This document shows positions 27,546-37,229 of a stretch of 64,000 nt of DNA, one piece after another. The DNA comes from Candidatus Woesebacteria bacterium GW2011_GWB1_39_10. GTDB taxonomy: Bacteria > Patescibacteriota > Microgenomatia > UBA8517. The stretch covers positions 161,008 through 225,007 of the forward strand of contig LBVU01000003.1 in the NCBI GenBank assembly GCA_000993205.1, written 5' to 3'. The notes below the pieces were generated by a model. It was not told the origin of the DNA and did no database searches. It saw only the letters and a list, made by a program, of their open reading frames with translations. The translations under genes were made by a program, and so were the position numbers. Each line of letters begins with the position of its first letter. Within the stretch, counting starts at the first letter, position 1.

Positions 27546-27554
27546 TGGTATAAT
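27546..27554 (+). promoter_or_regulatory. extended -10 promoter element (TGgTATAAT) 6 nt upstream of the ATG, giving a probable leaderless transcript
   Basis: tggtataat at 27546-27554; ATG at 27561. Confidence 0.35.
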
Positions 27555-27560
27555 TTAGCC

Positions 27561-27854
27561 ATGACAATTCCTTCTTTTTTGCAAACATATCTCCCTTCCT
27601 ACGACATTAAAAATCTTGACGGAAAAGATGTTTCTGTCGCAAATGAAATTATTACTAAAGTTCTAAATTTGGGGGATGAAAAAGCTGTTTCCTGGGTTTT
27701 TGACAACTACACAATAGATAAAATACGCGAAGTAGTGGGTAATCCAAAAAAAGGTGTTTGGAACGAGGAGTCTTTAAATTATTGGATGAGCATCCTCAAG
27801 ATTGATCAGGTTCGTGAGAAAAATAAAGCTATTTTAAACATTAACCCTGTATGA
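27561..27854 (+). CDS. small protein partner (putative antitoxin) of the AbiEii-like nucleotidyltransferase, pair 1
   Basis: 97 aa from the ATG at 27561 (ORF-track frame from 27501); overlaps the downstream gene by 4 nt; paralogous to 37230..37496 (shared ..I.E.VLN.G...Y.I..IR.....LNY pattern). Confidence 0.45.
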   Translation: MTIPSFLQTYLPSYDIKNLDGKDVSVANEIITKVLNLGDEKAVSWVFDNYTIDKIREVVGNPKKGVWNEESLNYWMSILKIDQVREKNKAILNINPV

Positions 27855-28489
27855 TTTACAAAAATATTTTAAGCGAAAAACATTTGGAAGTTTTAAAAAA
27901 ATTAAAATCTCTTCCAAAAGGAACATATATGGCTGGGGGAACCGCTTTGGCACTTCAATTGGGACACAGAACCTCCTTGGACTTTGATTTTTGTACAAAA
28001 GAACACTTTGAAACTGAAATTGTTTTAAAAAGTTTTCAACAAGACATACCTAACATAAAAATTGAAAGAGTTGCAAAAGATACACTTATTCTTGATGCGG
28101 ACGGAATAATCGTTTCACTTTTTTATTATCCCTACGAACTCATACGGAATTTGGTATCGTTTGAGAAAATAAACCTGGCTTCAACAGAGGATGTTGCCGC
28201 AATGAAAATAGTGGCAGTGTCTATGAGAGGGAAAAGGCGTGATTTTATTGATGTTTATTATTTATTGCAAAAATTTAGCCTTGAAGAAATCGTAAAATTT
28301 ACAATTGAAAAATATCCAAGCTATCAGCCGATGGTTATTCTTAAGGGTCTTATTTATTTTAAAGATGTCGAGGAAGAAGATTTTTCAAGGGGAATAAAAG
28401 TTTTTGATAAAGATTTTTCTTGGGAGAAAGTTAAGAAAAAGATCTTTGAAGAAGTAGAAAAGTACCAGGCTTCAATAGCAAATATTTAG
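27851..28489 (+). CDS. nucleotidyltransferase of the AbiEii/AbiGii toxin family (type IV TA-like), pair 1
   Basis: LEVLKKLKSLPKGTYMAGGTALALQLGHRTSLDFDFCT, the AbiEii N-terminal nucleotidyltransferase signature. Confidence 0.65.
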   Translation: MIYKNILSEKHLEVLKKLKSLPKGTYMAGGTALALQLGHRTSLDFDFCTKEHFETEIVLKSFQQDIPNIKIERVAKDTLILDADGIIVSLFYYPYELIRNLVSFEKINLASTEDVAAMKIVAVSMRGKRRDFIDVYYLLQKFSLEEIVKFTIEKYPSYQPMVILKGLIYFKDVEEEDFSRGIKVFDKDFSWEKVKKKIFEEVEKYQASIANI

Positions 28490-28490
28490 A

Positions 28491-28893
28491 AATTAGTAGT
28501 TAGAAGTTAGGAATTAGAGAGACTTTTAACCAACCCCGACAGCATTTTCGATATCTCCTCGTTTCTTTTGATGAACTCTGCAACCTTAATTTTATTAAAT
28601 CCGTTTGTTTCCAAAATTATTTCCAACCAACAATTAACCTCAAAAATTGTTTAAAACTTTTTCGAGAATTCCTGCCATACCCCTCAGCAATGTTTGCGGG
28701 GATCGAGCCAACGGCACGAAAAAGTTGATTAAGTAAAAATTGTTTAGAAATTGGCAGTCTGTAATCCGAAAAGTGTTGAATGATGTCAACCGTTAGTTGT
28801 TTTGATTTTTGATAAACTAGCAGATCTTTGTATGAAGTAATTGGCACCTTCATATTATACTAATTCCTAATTTCTATTTCCTAATTACTCTAC
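28491..28893. repeat. cassette C: imperfect inverted repeats bracketing the frameshifted four-helix-bundle gene
   Basis: Left aattagtagttagaagttaggaattagagag against reverse-complemented right aattaggaaatagaaattaggaattagta (28858-28893). Confidence 0.45.
28501..28853 (-). pseudogene. four-helix-bundle protein gene copy C, disrupted by a frameshift
   Basis: N-terminal 78-aa ORF 28617..28853 (LFRAVGSIPANIAEGYGRNSRKSFKQFLRLIVGW) stops early; the conserved C-terminal part (...EIILETNGFNKIKVAEFIKRNEEISKMLSGLVKSL*) continues in another frame at 28504-28620. Confidence 0.5.
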
Positions 28894-28905
28894 TCGTGCT
28901 ACAAT

Positions 28906-31842
28906 TTGGGCATGCCCGACGGTATGTCACCAGAAAAAACATCAATTGATGCTACGAGGAACTTTGGTGCAATTCAAGGCCATGAAAACCCAAAGATACC
29001 CCAGCCTTTTGGTATATCTGAATCTTCAGCGAGGATGTTAAAAGAACACAATAAACTTTGGGAGGCTCAGGCTGTAAATATTCCCCAAACCGCACTCGTT
29101 GAACATAAAATTGTAAATCTTCTTAATCCAGCCGATCCAAATTACGACCCTCGCGCAGAAGCGGAAATGAGGGGAATGTTTCAGGAGAGAGACAGGCACG
29201 AGAGAGACCCTTTGGGTTTATATTCCGCCGCGTCAAATTATGCAGATTCGATGCTTAGATATGCAAAATTGCCCCTTGTTGGATCTGCCGAATTTGATTT
29301 AGAAGTAGAGAGAATTGCGACAAAAATGGCCAGAACCTCTGGTGGCAAGAAAGGGAACCCGGATATGAACATTCTACGAAACACAGCTATACAGGAGCTT
29401 ACGGTTAACGAGATGGGGATGATAGTTGAGCTTGACAGAAATTTTGGCATGGCCGTTGGAGCGGGAAACAGAAGTGTTATGGAAACTCTTGGAATGCTTG
29501 AGGCGTTTGTTCCACCAAAGCCGTTTGAAGCCAATATGCAGGAAAGACATTTATCCGGGGCGACAGAAATGCTTGAAGCGATGGCACTTTATCACAGAGG
29601 TAAAATACCAGAAAGGCTTGCTGGTTGGTATAGGGTTTATGATGCGGTGAATGAGCAACAACGTGCATTGTTTAATATCCTCTGTGCTGCGGGTGGGGGA
29701 ATGGAAGGATATTATGATGCTTTAAAACAAGCGGGTGAATCTTTAATTTCGAGAGCTAGATATCATGCGAACGCACACGATTTTAGAGCTGCATACACAA
29801 TGGACGATCCGGGTGTTTCCACAAATGAACTGTCGGCTGGTGAGCGGGCACATATAAAAGATACTCTGGCTTCTACAGAAATAAAAGAACTTCAAGTGGA
29901 AATGCTTAGCCAGGCAAGGAGGTTAATTATGTTCAATGTTGATGCGGCCCAGGTTGATGTGGACAAGCCCGTAGGAAAAGACGGCCTGATGACTGAATCA
30001 GACGAAGTAATCAATAGATATATCCAAAAACTTAGAAAAAAAGCGGATGCATTTAGGGACGCCGGGGACGAAGAAGGCGCTCTTCGTGTTGAAAAACATT
30101 TACCATCAGTCGAAAATGTCAAGAATTTGAATATTTCTAGTCACAGAGAATTTATGAAACTTGTGTTTGGTGAGTTGGATAAATCTAAGTGGGTAACATG
30201 GAAATCTCCTGACTCCAAGAGGGATATCACAACACCAAGAGAAATTCTGACATGGTATGGAAGTAGTGACAAACTTGGAGAGAGGGAAGTATGGCTTTCA
30301 AAGATGTTGGCGGTGCTTACATGGAAAGACGCCAGTGGTAAGGGTATATCAGATTTTCTTCAAACAGCAAGCGATGCTCAAATCTTAGCTTTGGCAAAAG
30401 AAATTGTGCAAAGATCCTTCAAGATTAGAAACAACATAGGAGATAAAGTGATGAATTCAGATCCGGCATTTACAACTGCTAAGATAGCACTTATTTCTTG
30501 GATAGAAAAAGACAAAGGTTTTCAGGTCTCTGGGTCATTGGCTTGGATAAATAAATATGGTGACTTTATTGCTGGTAAAAAATTGACTGAGATTGTCAGA
30601 ATGTATGATGCTGGTGGTCTGTATAAATCTTATGATTCTGTCAACCTTTGGGCATATTGGCGCCGGTGGGCAACATATAAAGCTGGATGGAAATCTGCCA
30701 CTCAATTTTTTGGACCTGCAAGCGATGCTTGGAGAAGAGATGTAGCGAAACACGGCCCAGATTGGCTCCCCCCGCTTGACAGATTAAGAAAGAACAAGAA
30801 GATAAGCAAACTTCACGATAGGTTTTTTACAGACGGAGATACAGCAAGTGGAGATGATAAAGTAAATTTTCTCCTATGGAGAGCAAAAAGACTGACAGGT
30901 AATAACAAACTTTCATTAGCAGAAATGAACACTTTGATTGCCGGAGGTAAACTAAAAACACCAAGTATTGATAAGACCTTCATTAATAAACTCTTGGAAG
31001 TGGGATGGACGATGGAGTCTGCTTGGGGAGACGTTCCAATCCCTATGTATATGCCTAAGAATTTTAAAATTAATGTTTTCGAAATGATGGTGGATAAATC
31101 GACTGGAGATACTGTTTGGGATTTAATGAGGGTTGGAATAATGCCTAAAGATATCGATTGGGACGCTTATAACTATGAAACACTAGATAGGATGTGGGTT
31201 AGTATGAGCATGCTTGTTAGATTTGCCCATCTTTTTATAGACCCATATGAAGCACAGAGAGACCCGAGTTATATTGGTTTCTTTGGAGAACCAAGTCCTC
31301 AAAGTATTGCAGAGATGTCCAAAAGGGTATATTTGGCATTTAGAGATTTACCAGAGGGTTACCAACAATATATCGTGGCAATTGTTCCTTTTATGATTGC
31401 ACAAAACACCGCCAGCGCTGTTGGTTTAACTTCGCCGGAGTTGGGTTCGGGTAACAAAGAAAAAGTTATGAAGCAGTGGAACCTGATGATGGCACAATGG
31501 AAAAGGGCGGCAATGTGGATGCCTCAAGTAATACTTGATGATGAACAGCTATATAATGGCAAAGCGGCTGATATTCAAAGTCTACGTAATGACATTGCAT
31601 TGATGATTGAATATTATCAACATGTTTTTGAAAAGTTGGGACAAGCAGCCTTTAAAGCCGACAAAGGAAAATTGGCGTCTTACTATGCCGATCAGCTTGG
31701 TTTGTATAAAGAATCATTGGCAGAAGAAATGGCCGCTGACCCAGGCGAAGCAAGTCTTGATTTTGGAGCTGCCAAGATAATCGAGTCCTTTACCGGTGGG
31801 GAAAAGGCGGTTATGGCGGCGCTTTTTGGGGAGAAGAGGTAG
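28906..31842 (+). CDS. large (978 aa) soluble hypothetical protein, noticeably higher GC than its surroundings
   Basis: No TM or signal peptide and no recognisable catalytic motif; TTG at 28906, possible ATG at 28912. Confidence 0.5.
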   Translation: MGMPDGMSPEKTSIDATRNFGAIQGHENPKIPQPFGISESSARMLKEHNKLWEAQAVNIPQTALVEHKIVNLLNPADPNYDPRAEAEMRGMFQERDRHERDPLGLYSAASNYADSMLRYAKLPLVGSAEFDLEVERIATKMARTSGGKKGNPDMNILRNTAIQELTVNEMGMIVELDRNFGMAVGAGNRSVMETLGMLEAFVPPKPFEANMQERHLSGATEMLEAMALYHRGKIPERLAGWYRVYDAVNEQQRALFNILCAAGGGMEGYYDALKQAGESLISRARYHANAHDFRAAYTMDDPGVSTNELSAGERAHIKDTLASTEIKELQVEMLSQARRLIMFNVDAAQVDVDKPVGKDGLMTESDEVINRYIQKLRKKADAFRDAGDEEGALRVEKHLPSVENVKNLNISSHREFMKLVFGELDKSKWVTWKSPDSKRDITTPREILTWYGSSDKLGEREVWLSKMLAVLTWKDASGKGISDFLQTASDAQILALAKEIVQRSFKIRNNIGDKVMNSDPAFTTAKIALISWIEKDKGFQVSGSLAWINKYGDFIAGKKLTEIVRMYDAGGLYKSYDSVNLWAYWRRWATYKAGWKSATQFFGPASDAWRRDVAKHGPDWLPPLDRLRKNKKISKLHDRFFTDGDTASGDDKVNFLLWRAKRLTGNNKLSLAEMNTLIAGGKLKTPSIDKTFINKLLEVGWTMESAWGDVPIPMYMPKNFKINVFEMMVDKSTGDTVWDLMRVGIMPKDIDWDAYNYETLDRMWVSMSMLVRFAHLFIDPYEAQRDPSYIGFFGEPSPQSIAEMSKRVYLAFRDLPEGYQQYIVAIVPFMIAQNTASAVGLTSPELGSGNKEKVMKQWNLMMAQWKRAAMWMPQVILDDEQLYNGKAADIQSLRNDIALMIEYYQHVFEKLGQAAFKADKGKLASYYADQLGLYKESLAEEMAADPGEASLDFGAAKIIESFTGGEKAVMAALFGEKR

Positions 31843-31875
31843 CTCACAGAGGACCAAGTAGTTTTATCCCCTCGC

Positions 31876-33597
31876 TTAGTTGTGCTTTTGTAATCCCTCT
31901 AGTGCTTTTTCAAGTCCAGCCATGAACCGACCAAGTTTGCCTTGGTCTTTTCCTTGATCTTGAAGTTTCTTGTTATATGCGACTACTTGTTCAATTGACC
32001 TATTCACACCATAGTTCATAGCAGTGCCTTGGGCCGTCCCTCCAACCATCTTTCCAACGGTTCCTGCGGGTCCACTAATAGGTCCAAACGCTTCTCCAAT
32101 CGCAGTGCCATATGCAAACGGCCTGCCGCTTAGAAGTCCTTGAATAACTTCTGTGGCCTTTGGAATAAGAGTAAAAAGAACAAAACTAACACCGACGAAC
32201 AATAACCCTAAAGCGCCACTGCTTCCTATCAAAGGTGGCCACGATTGTGAGGAAACTACGTGTTGGGTTAAATATGAACCAAACAAGAAAGTTGATATTG
32301 CAACACCAAGAGATTGAGTGTCTCCAACAGTAGCCATTGCCATTAATAGAAAAATAAAAGCAAACAAAAATAAAACGCTTGTGACTATAAAGACAGATAA
32401 GTTAGATATAAAACTTTTTAACCAGGCGCCAAATCCCAAACTTGGGACCAAAACCCCAGCAACTATCTGGAGAGGTGCAAAAATTGTTAAAAGCATCAGG
32501 TTTGCATAAGCTTTCAATATTGCCCAAAAGGTTTTAATTGCGTGCCAAATAGCAATAAGAACAACAACGAGAATTATGAAAGCCATAAACACGATTATAA
32601 AAATACCTATTGGGCTAACAAGACCTATAACCAAAAACGCTGTAGCTAGTATACTTATCAAGGCTCCGAAAGTTAAAACAAGTACTATACCCAATACGAG
32701 CGGGAAAACAATTAAATAAAAAATAACTAAACCGAACACACCAAGCTCAGCCCCAGCTACTTTACCTTGAACCAGAAAATTAAAAACTGCCGTTGTTGAA
32801 ACATTTCCAGAAAGATATCCTTTTCCAGCAATGCTCATAAGTCCATAAAAAACGTACATTAAGTCCACCAAAAATCCTGCTATGGCGTAAGAAAATGTAA
32901 CCAAAACAAGAGCCGTAATTATTTTAGGAAGAGCTGATTGAACAGAAATAACTACCTGTGGAGAGAGCTTAACCCTGAACATTATCATGAAGGCAAATAT
33001 TATAGCTACCAACACAAATAATCCAAAAGAAATGTCCCTTGAGGCCCTCCACATATCTTGAACAGGTGAGAGTGCGGTATTAAAACCAAAACCTACCGTT
33101 TGAGCTTTGGCGGTTGGCACAAGGCTATAGTTTTGGACTTTTTCCTTGACATAACCTATTCCTGAAAACGGTCTATCTGTAGCAAAAACCAACCCCCATA
33201 AATTTTGGTCTTGCTGTTTGGGGTTGGCAGCCAAAGCTATTTTCGTTGGAACCGGCGCTTTTACAATAAGCTTGAGGCATGCGCTAATATCTACAGAACT
33301 AGAAAATAGACATTGTGTGACCTGGGGGCTGATAAACAAATTGAGAAAGAACGACAAGGTTCCCCAGAATACCCATTGCACCTGCGCTGCTGTATAACGC
33401 TCTCCAAATATGTCGCTGGGGTTTTTGGTATCGTAAACTTTACCGTAGAAATCGCCAAAACTTTGGTTGTACCAAGTCGGAGCGGAAGAGGGGGCGGGGG
33501 AAGGGGCGGGGCTCTGGGCGTTTACAGAAAAAGGAAACAGCAAAGAATTAAGAATTAAGAATGAAGAGATTAAGATCAAGAGCAGTTTTTTCATCAA
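31876..33597 (-). CDS. polytopic membrane protein with a signal peptide and an extracytoplasmic N-domain, possibly a VirB6/TrbL-like channel component
   Basis: Signal peptide MMKKLLLILISSFLILNSLLFPFSVNA; at least 8 hydrophobic helices in the C-terminal 380 aa. The VirB6 assignment rests on topology only. Confidence 0.4.
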   Translation of the reverse strand: MMKKLLLILISSFLILNSLLFPFSVNAQSPAPSPAPSSAPTWYNQSFGDFYGKVYDTKNPSDIFGERYTAAQVQWVFWGTLSFFLNLFISPQVTQCLFSSSVDISACLKLIVKAPVPTKIALAANPKQQDQNLWGLVFATDRPFSGIGYVKEKVQNYSLVPTAKAQTVGFGFNTALSPVQDMWRASRDISFGLFVLVAIIFAFMIMFRVKLSPQVVISVQSALPKIITALVLVTFSYAIAGFLVDLMYVFYGLMSIAGKGYLSGNVSTTAVFNFLVQGKVAGAELGVFGLVIFYLIVFPLVLGIVLVLTFGALISILATAFLVIGLVSPIGIFIIVFMAFIILVVVLIAIWHAIKTFWAILKAYANLMLLTIFAPLQIVAGVLVPSLGFGAWLKSFISNLSVFIVTSVLFLFAFIFLLMAMATVGDTQSLGVAISTFLFGSYLTQHVVSSQSWPPLIGSSGALGLLFVGVSFVLFTLIPKATEVIQGLLSGRPFAYGTAIGEAFGPISGPAGTVGKMVGGTAQGTAMNYGVNRSIEQVVAYNKKLQDQGKDQGKLGRFMAGLEKALEGLQKHN

Positions 33598-33613
33598 ATT
33601 AAGTTAAAATTTA

Positions 33614-34062
33614 AAAGGCAAAAATCAAAAATACAAGTAAAAATTTAAAATCAATTTTGACCTTTAACTTCAAAGTTTTGACTTTAGTTTTAGTATACCA
33701 GAAGCTATCATGTTTGATAACTCGGTTACTTCTCTTAGTAAGTCTATTGTATCAACTTTTTGGGAATCATTTAAGAGCATCAACCAATATTTGGATTCGT
33801 TTGCACTCTTTAAGGCTATTTCGTGGAACTTTTTAAATTCCAACCTTGAACTGGAAGCGGTTGCTTCAACCAGGTTTGCACCGATACTTGTTCCACTTCT
33901 AACTAGTTGGTCAGAAATCGCCCAAGAACTTCTTTTATTGGGAAGTGTGTCGAGTAGGGCAATCAAATTCAAACTGAATCTGTAACACCTGTCTTGTAAA
34001 TTGCTTTTATAATTTTGATTACTCATATAATTTTTACTTTTGAATTGTATTTTTGACTTTTA
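33614..34062. repeat. cassette D: imperfect about 35-nt inverted repeats bracketing four-helix-bundle gene copy D
   Basis: Left aaaaggcaaaaatcaaaaatacaagtaaaaattt against reverse-complemented right aaaagtcaaaaatacaattcaaaagtaaaaatta. Confidence 0.45.
33670..34026 (-). CDS. four-helix-bundle protein (23S rRNA IVS protein / Avd-like), copy D
   Basis: ISDQLVRSGTSIGANLVEATASSSRLEFKKFHEIALKSANESKYWLMLLND. Confidence 0.7.
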   Translation of the reverse strand: MSNQNYKSNLQDRCYRFSLNLIALLDTLPNKRSSWAISDQLVRSGTSIGANLVEATASSSRLEFKKFHEIALKSANESKYWLMLLNDSQKVDTIDLLREVTELSNMIASGILKLKSKL

Positions 34063-34081
34063 ATTTTTAACTTTTTAGTTA

Positions 34082-36877
34082 TTAATTCCCATGTGCCACA
34101 TCATAAACACACGCATTGTGGCTGGTGTTGCCGGAGTCGCCGTTGTGTTCACAGAAGTCCCCGCCGTTACAGGCCGCCGCAGCGCCCCCACCGGCAGCAC
34201 AACTTCCCGGAAGTGTTGCGCAAGTATAAGTTGAATCGTATGCAGTACCGAATTCCCAAACCCTAATAGAAGTCTCATATTGATCGTCGGACCAGTCACA
34301 GGAAGACGGGACAGTAGAACTCATTGTTATTCCATAACAAGTCTTACCTGTTAGTGCGGAGGACCCTCCCGCATTGTTGTGTAAATCTTTGGCCAAAGCA
34401 AAAGTTGCATCCAACAAATTGCACGGATCGGCTTGGGTTTTAGCCGGGTCTATCCCTTGAAGGTCCGGAAGAATTTCTGTTGCTAAATTGTCCCAATATG
34501 TACCAAAAAAAGGCACAATGCTGTTTATTGGGTCGGCGCTTGCGGAACAATTTGGCAAAGGCTCGCATGTTGCCCAATTTTTTACGTTTTGGTCAGTCCA
34601 GTTATACCTTGTGTAGTTGCCGCTAGCATCTGTGTTAAAAGCCCCTTCGCCGTACATAACACCCAAAATAAGATTGGGCGGAACGCTGTATGTTTGGGCC
34701 GCCGCAGATACGATATCTTTTAAAGATTGTGGAATATTTCCAACTTTAGAACTAACCCCACCCAAGTTACAGGAACCGGAAGCTTTGGGTAATTCTGGCA
34801 ATTCTCCACAAGCAACATTTGTACAATATTGTCCGTTTTGAGGTTGACCCGGCCCAAAACCCTTAGGGCGCAGGGCTTGTTGGATTCCATTTAGGAAATA
34901 ATCTAGAACACTTCCATAATGAGGATAGTAGAGTTGGGCATCAATCGAGTCAGATCCTTGGGCTCCGCCGGGACCTGTCACAGAGCTTTTGTCCGGTTCA
35001 ATTATTCTCCAAAGTGACACGTCTTTATCTGAGGTATTTTTATTCACAGTGTAGGTGGCCTTAGACTGGGCAGGGATATCTGCAATACAGCGGATGGGAG
35101 CACCGACGCCGGTTTTGGGGTAAATTCTTCTGAAGATTGAGTCATTTCCTGCAACTGTGTTGTTCCAAATCTCATTTGCCATGGGTGTTTTTGACACGGT
35201 CGCGACAGTTGCGTAAACATCGGATGAACAATTGGCTTCGAAATGGGTAGTATTACAAGCCGTGTCGTCGCAAACCTCGTGAATGTTTGAGCATTGGATC
35301 TCAGACACATGATAGGAGACGTCAACTTCAATGTGGCTTTTGGGATCATCAAAAGTTGCATCATCCCCGGGGTTACTTCTGCTTGGAATAATTCTACAGC
35401 CACTTAAACCGGAGCTTATGTTGTTTTCAACATCATTCGGAGTGGTTGCGCCGGCACTGTTCGAATCGGCTCTGGGAAGATAAGTATTTTTAAGTAAACC
35501 AGAAAGCTGATAATTTTCTATAGAATGAGCCAAATAAAGCTGAGGGTTGTGAATAATGCTATAACACCCTTGCGGACCGCATTCAATTGTTGCCCTTGGC
35601 GCTTCAAGATGCGTGCCTATTATGGCGTGGGCTCCCTTTTTATCAACATTATTAGCAAGAGGGACGTATTGGAAAAGATCAGAATATACATTGGGAACAA
35701 AAATATTTTCTACACAGGCAACTAAATTTACCACCGGGATTAATATGCAAGTTTTGCCACGCCACTCGTTGTATGCCTTTTGATATAAAGCATCGTTTGT
35801 AAATGGTTTTCCATCTTTGTCGCTCCAGGGGAGTGGGGGGAGGCGGCTGTTCCAATGGTCGCCAACAGACCGTTGGATAATATCTGCGGCGACATTTGGG
35901 AAAAGTACTGTTAGACCATTTACGATATCATTTATTATCGTATTCCAGAAAGAAAGATCCCCGTCCCAGCCTTCTTGTCTGTCGATGGCCGTTCCTAACA
36001 CTCCGCCAGCAGACTGCAATCTGAAGACTTTGTCATTTGCCTTTTTACCACCTCCGTCGTAGCATTCAACCGGAGTATAGGTGCCAACAACAAGCCAATT
36101 TCCGATTAAAAATGGAGCGTTGCTTTTGGCGCAGGCAACAATCTGATTATGATTTTCTGCTTCTGTTACTTGTTCTTCGGTTTCGCTGTCGGTGTAAGTT
36201 ACCTCACTGTTTGCAGAGTTAACTGTTGCAGATCTTGTAGCCTCCTGAATAACTGATGGTAGGAGACGTCTTGTTGGACCGGAAAAGTCGACGGTTCTTG
36301 AAAGACCTTCAGGTGTAGTTGCAGACGCCGGATACTCGGCTCTATTGTCCACTCCGCCCAAATACCAGGCAACATAATCACTCACTTTTGTTCCGTCATC
36401 TATATCACTTGAACTCTGGCTGTTTTTGGTATCGTTTGTATTGCCCAAAATTGGCAATTCGACATTTGTTAAATCAATATCTATTTTTTGGTTTTTGGTA
36501 ATATCTGCCGGGCAGGAATTGGCCTGACCACCACTTTCGTCGCAATAATCAACTTGGACAGTTCCCAATATCACAACTACGTCATTGCCGCACCAGTAGG
36601 TTATGGGAGTGTCTCCGCAAGGAGAAGCTTGATAGGGTCTGTCTGAAGCGTATTCCGGGTCGCTACCCGAAACAGGGTTTCCTAAGAGATCCTTTTCTAT
36701 TTCACAGGGAATCCGGCCGGGGGGGGGAATGGCGTTTGCCGCTTTTGCGGCGGCAGGTAAAAGGTAAAAAGTAAAAGTTAAAAGCGTTAAAAACAGGAAC
36801 AACAGAAAGAAATTAAATATTTTTGAAATTTGGGGCGCAGATTTTGTTTTGACCATAATTTCTGATTCATGATTCAA
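34082..36877 (-). CDS. very large (931 aa) secreted or anchored Cys-rich protein, hypothetical
   Basis: N-terminal hydrophobic anchor FNFFLLFLFLTLLTFTFYLL; many Cys and low complexity; no recognisable enzymatic motif. Confidence 0.5.
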   Translation of the reverse strand: MNHESEIMVKTKSAPQISKIFNFFLLFLFLTLLTFTFYLLPAAAKAANAIPPPGRIPCEIEKDLLGNPVSGSDPEYASDRPYQASPCGDTPITYWCGNDVVVILGTVQVDYCDESGGQANSCPADITKNQKIDIDLTNVELPILGNTNDTKNSQSSSDIDDGTKVSDYVAWYLGGVDNRAEYPASATTPEGLSRTVDFSGPTRRLLPSVIQEATRSATVNSANSEVTYTDSETEEQVTEAENHNQIVACAKSNAPFLIGNWLVVGTYTPVECYDGGGKKANDKVFRLQSAGGVLGTAIDRQEGWDGDLSFWNTIINDIVNGLTVLFPNVAADIIQRSVGDHWNSRLPPLPWSDKDGKPFTNDALYQKAYNEWRGKTCILIPVVNLVACVENIFVPNVYSDLFQYVPLANNVDKKGAHAIIGTHLEAPRATIECGPQGCYSIIHNPQLYLAHSIENYQLSGLLKNTYLPRADSNSAGATTPNDVENNISSGLSGCRIIPSRSNPGDDATFDDPKSHIEVDVSYHVSEIQCSNIHEVCDDTACNTTHFEANCSSDVYATVATVSKTPMANEIWNNTVAGNDSIFRRIYPKTGVGAPIRCIADIPAQSKATYTVNKNTSDKDVSLWRIIEPDKSSVTGPGGAQGSDSIDAQLYYPHYGSVLDYFLNGIQQALRPKGFGPGQPQNGQYCTNVACGELPELPKASGSCNLGGVSSKVGNIPQSLKDIVSAAAQTYSVPPNLILGVMYGEGAFNTDASGNYTRYNWTDQNVKNWATCEPLPNCSASADPINSIVPFFGTYWDNLATEILPDLQGIDPAKTQADPCNLLDATFALAKDLHNNAGGSSALTGKTCYGITMSSTVPSSCDWSDDQYETSIRVWEFGTAYDSTYTCATLPGSCAAGGGAAAACNGGDFCEHNGDSGNTSHNACVYDVAHGN

Positions 36878-36883
36878 GATTCA

Positions 36884-37165
36884 CTATTTTGGCAGCACAA
36901 TATTAAATGTACCAACATCAACTCCTGTGATGGTTTTAATCAGAACCAAGATAAGATAAGAAATTAAGATTATGATTAGTCCTCCTATTGCATAAGTTAA
37001 TGTTTTCTGCGCGCCCTCAACCGCCTTTGGGTCGCCACCGCTGGTTATGTATTTAAACCCTCCCATTAAAAGAAGCGCAAAAAGAGCGATTCCGGCAAAG
37101 CCCAAAAGAGCCCCGACCAGGCTTTGAAAAACTGTTCCTAAATCTTCAATTGTGGCAATTTTCAT
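36884..37165 (-). CDS. small pilin-like membrane protein (putative T4SS pilin, VirB2/TrbC-like), paralogue 1
   Basis: FKYITSGGDPKAVEGAQKTLTYAIGGLIIILISYLIL, two hydrophobic helices around a conserved GGD[PK]xxxExA motif. Confidence 0.5.
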   Translation of the reverse strand: MKIATIEDLGTVFQSLVGALLGFAGIALFALLLMGGFKYITSGGDPKAVEGAQKTLTYAIGGLIIILISYLILVLIKTITGVDVGTFNIVLPK

Positions 37166-37229
37166 ACAATAACAATTCTAAACTAGTAGACAACTTTGAG
37201 CAAGCTCCTTTGTTTGATATACTTAACGG

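Noticed and set aside
33540-33580. AAGAATTAAGAATTAAGAATGAAGAG repeat resembling the intergenic AT-rich repeats
   Set aside because: It is coding: the reverse complement encodes the Leu/Ile/Asn/Ser-rich signal peptide of the 573-aa membrane protein.
34075-34299. 74-aa ORF nested in the 931-aa gene (and similar short nested ORFs at 35044..35403 and 36199..36381)
   Set aside because: Alternative-frame ORFs within a long well-supported coding sequence.
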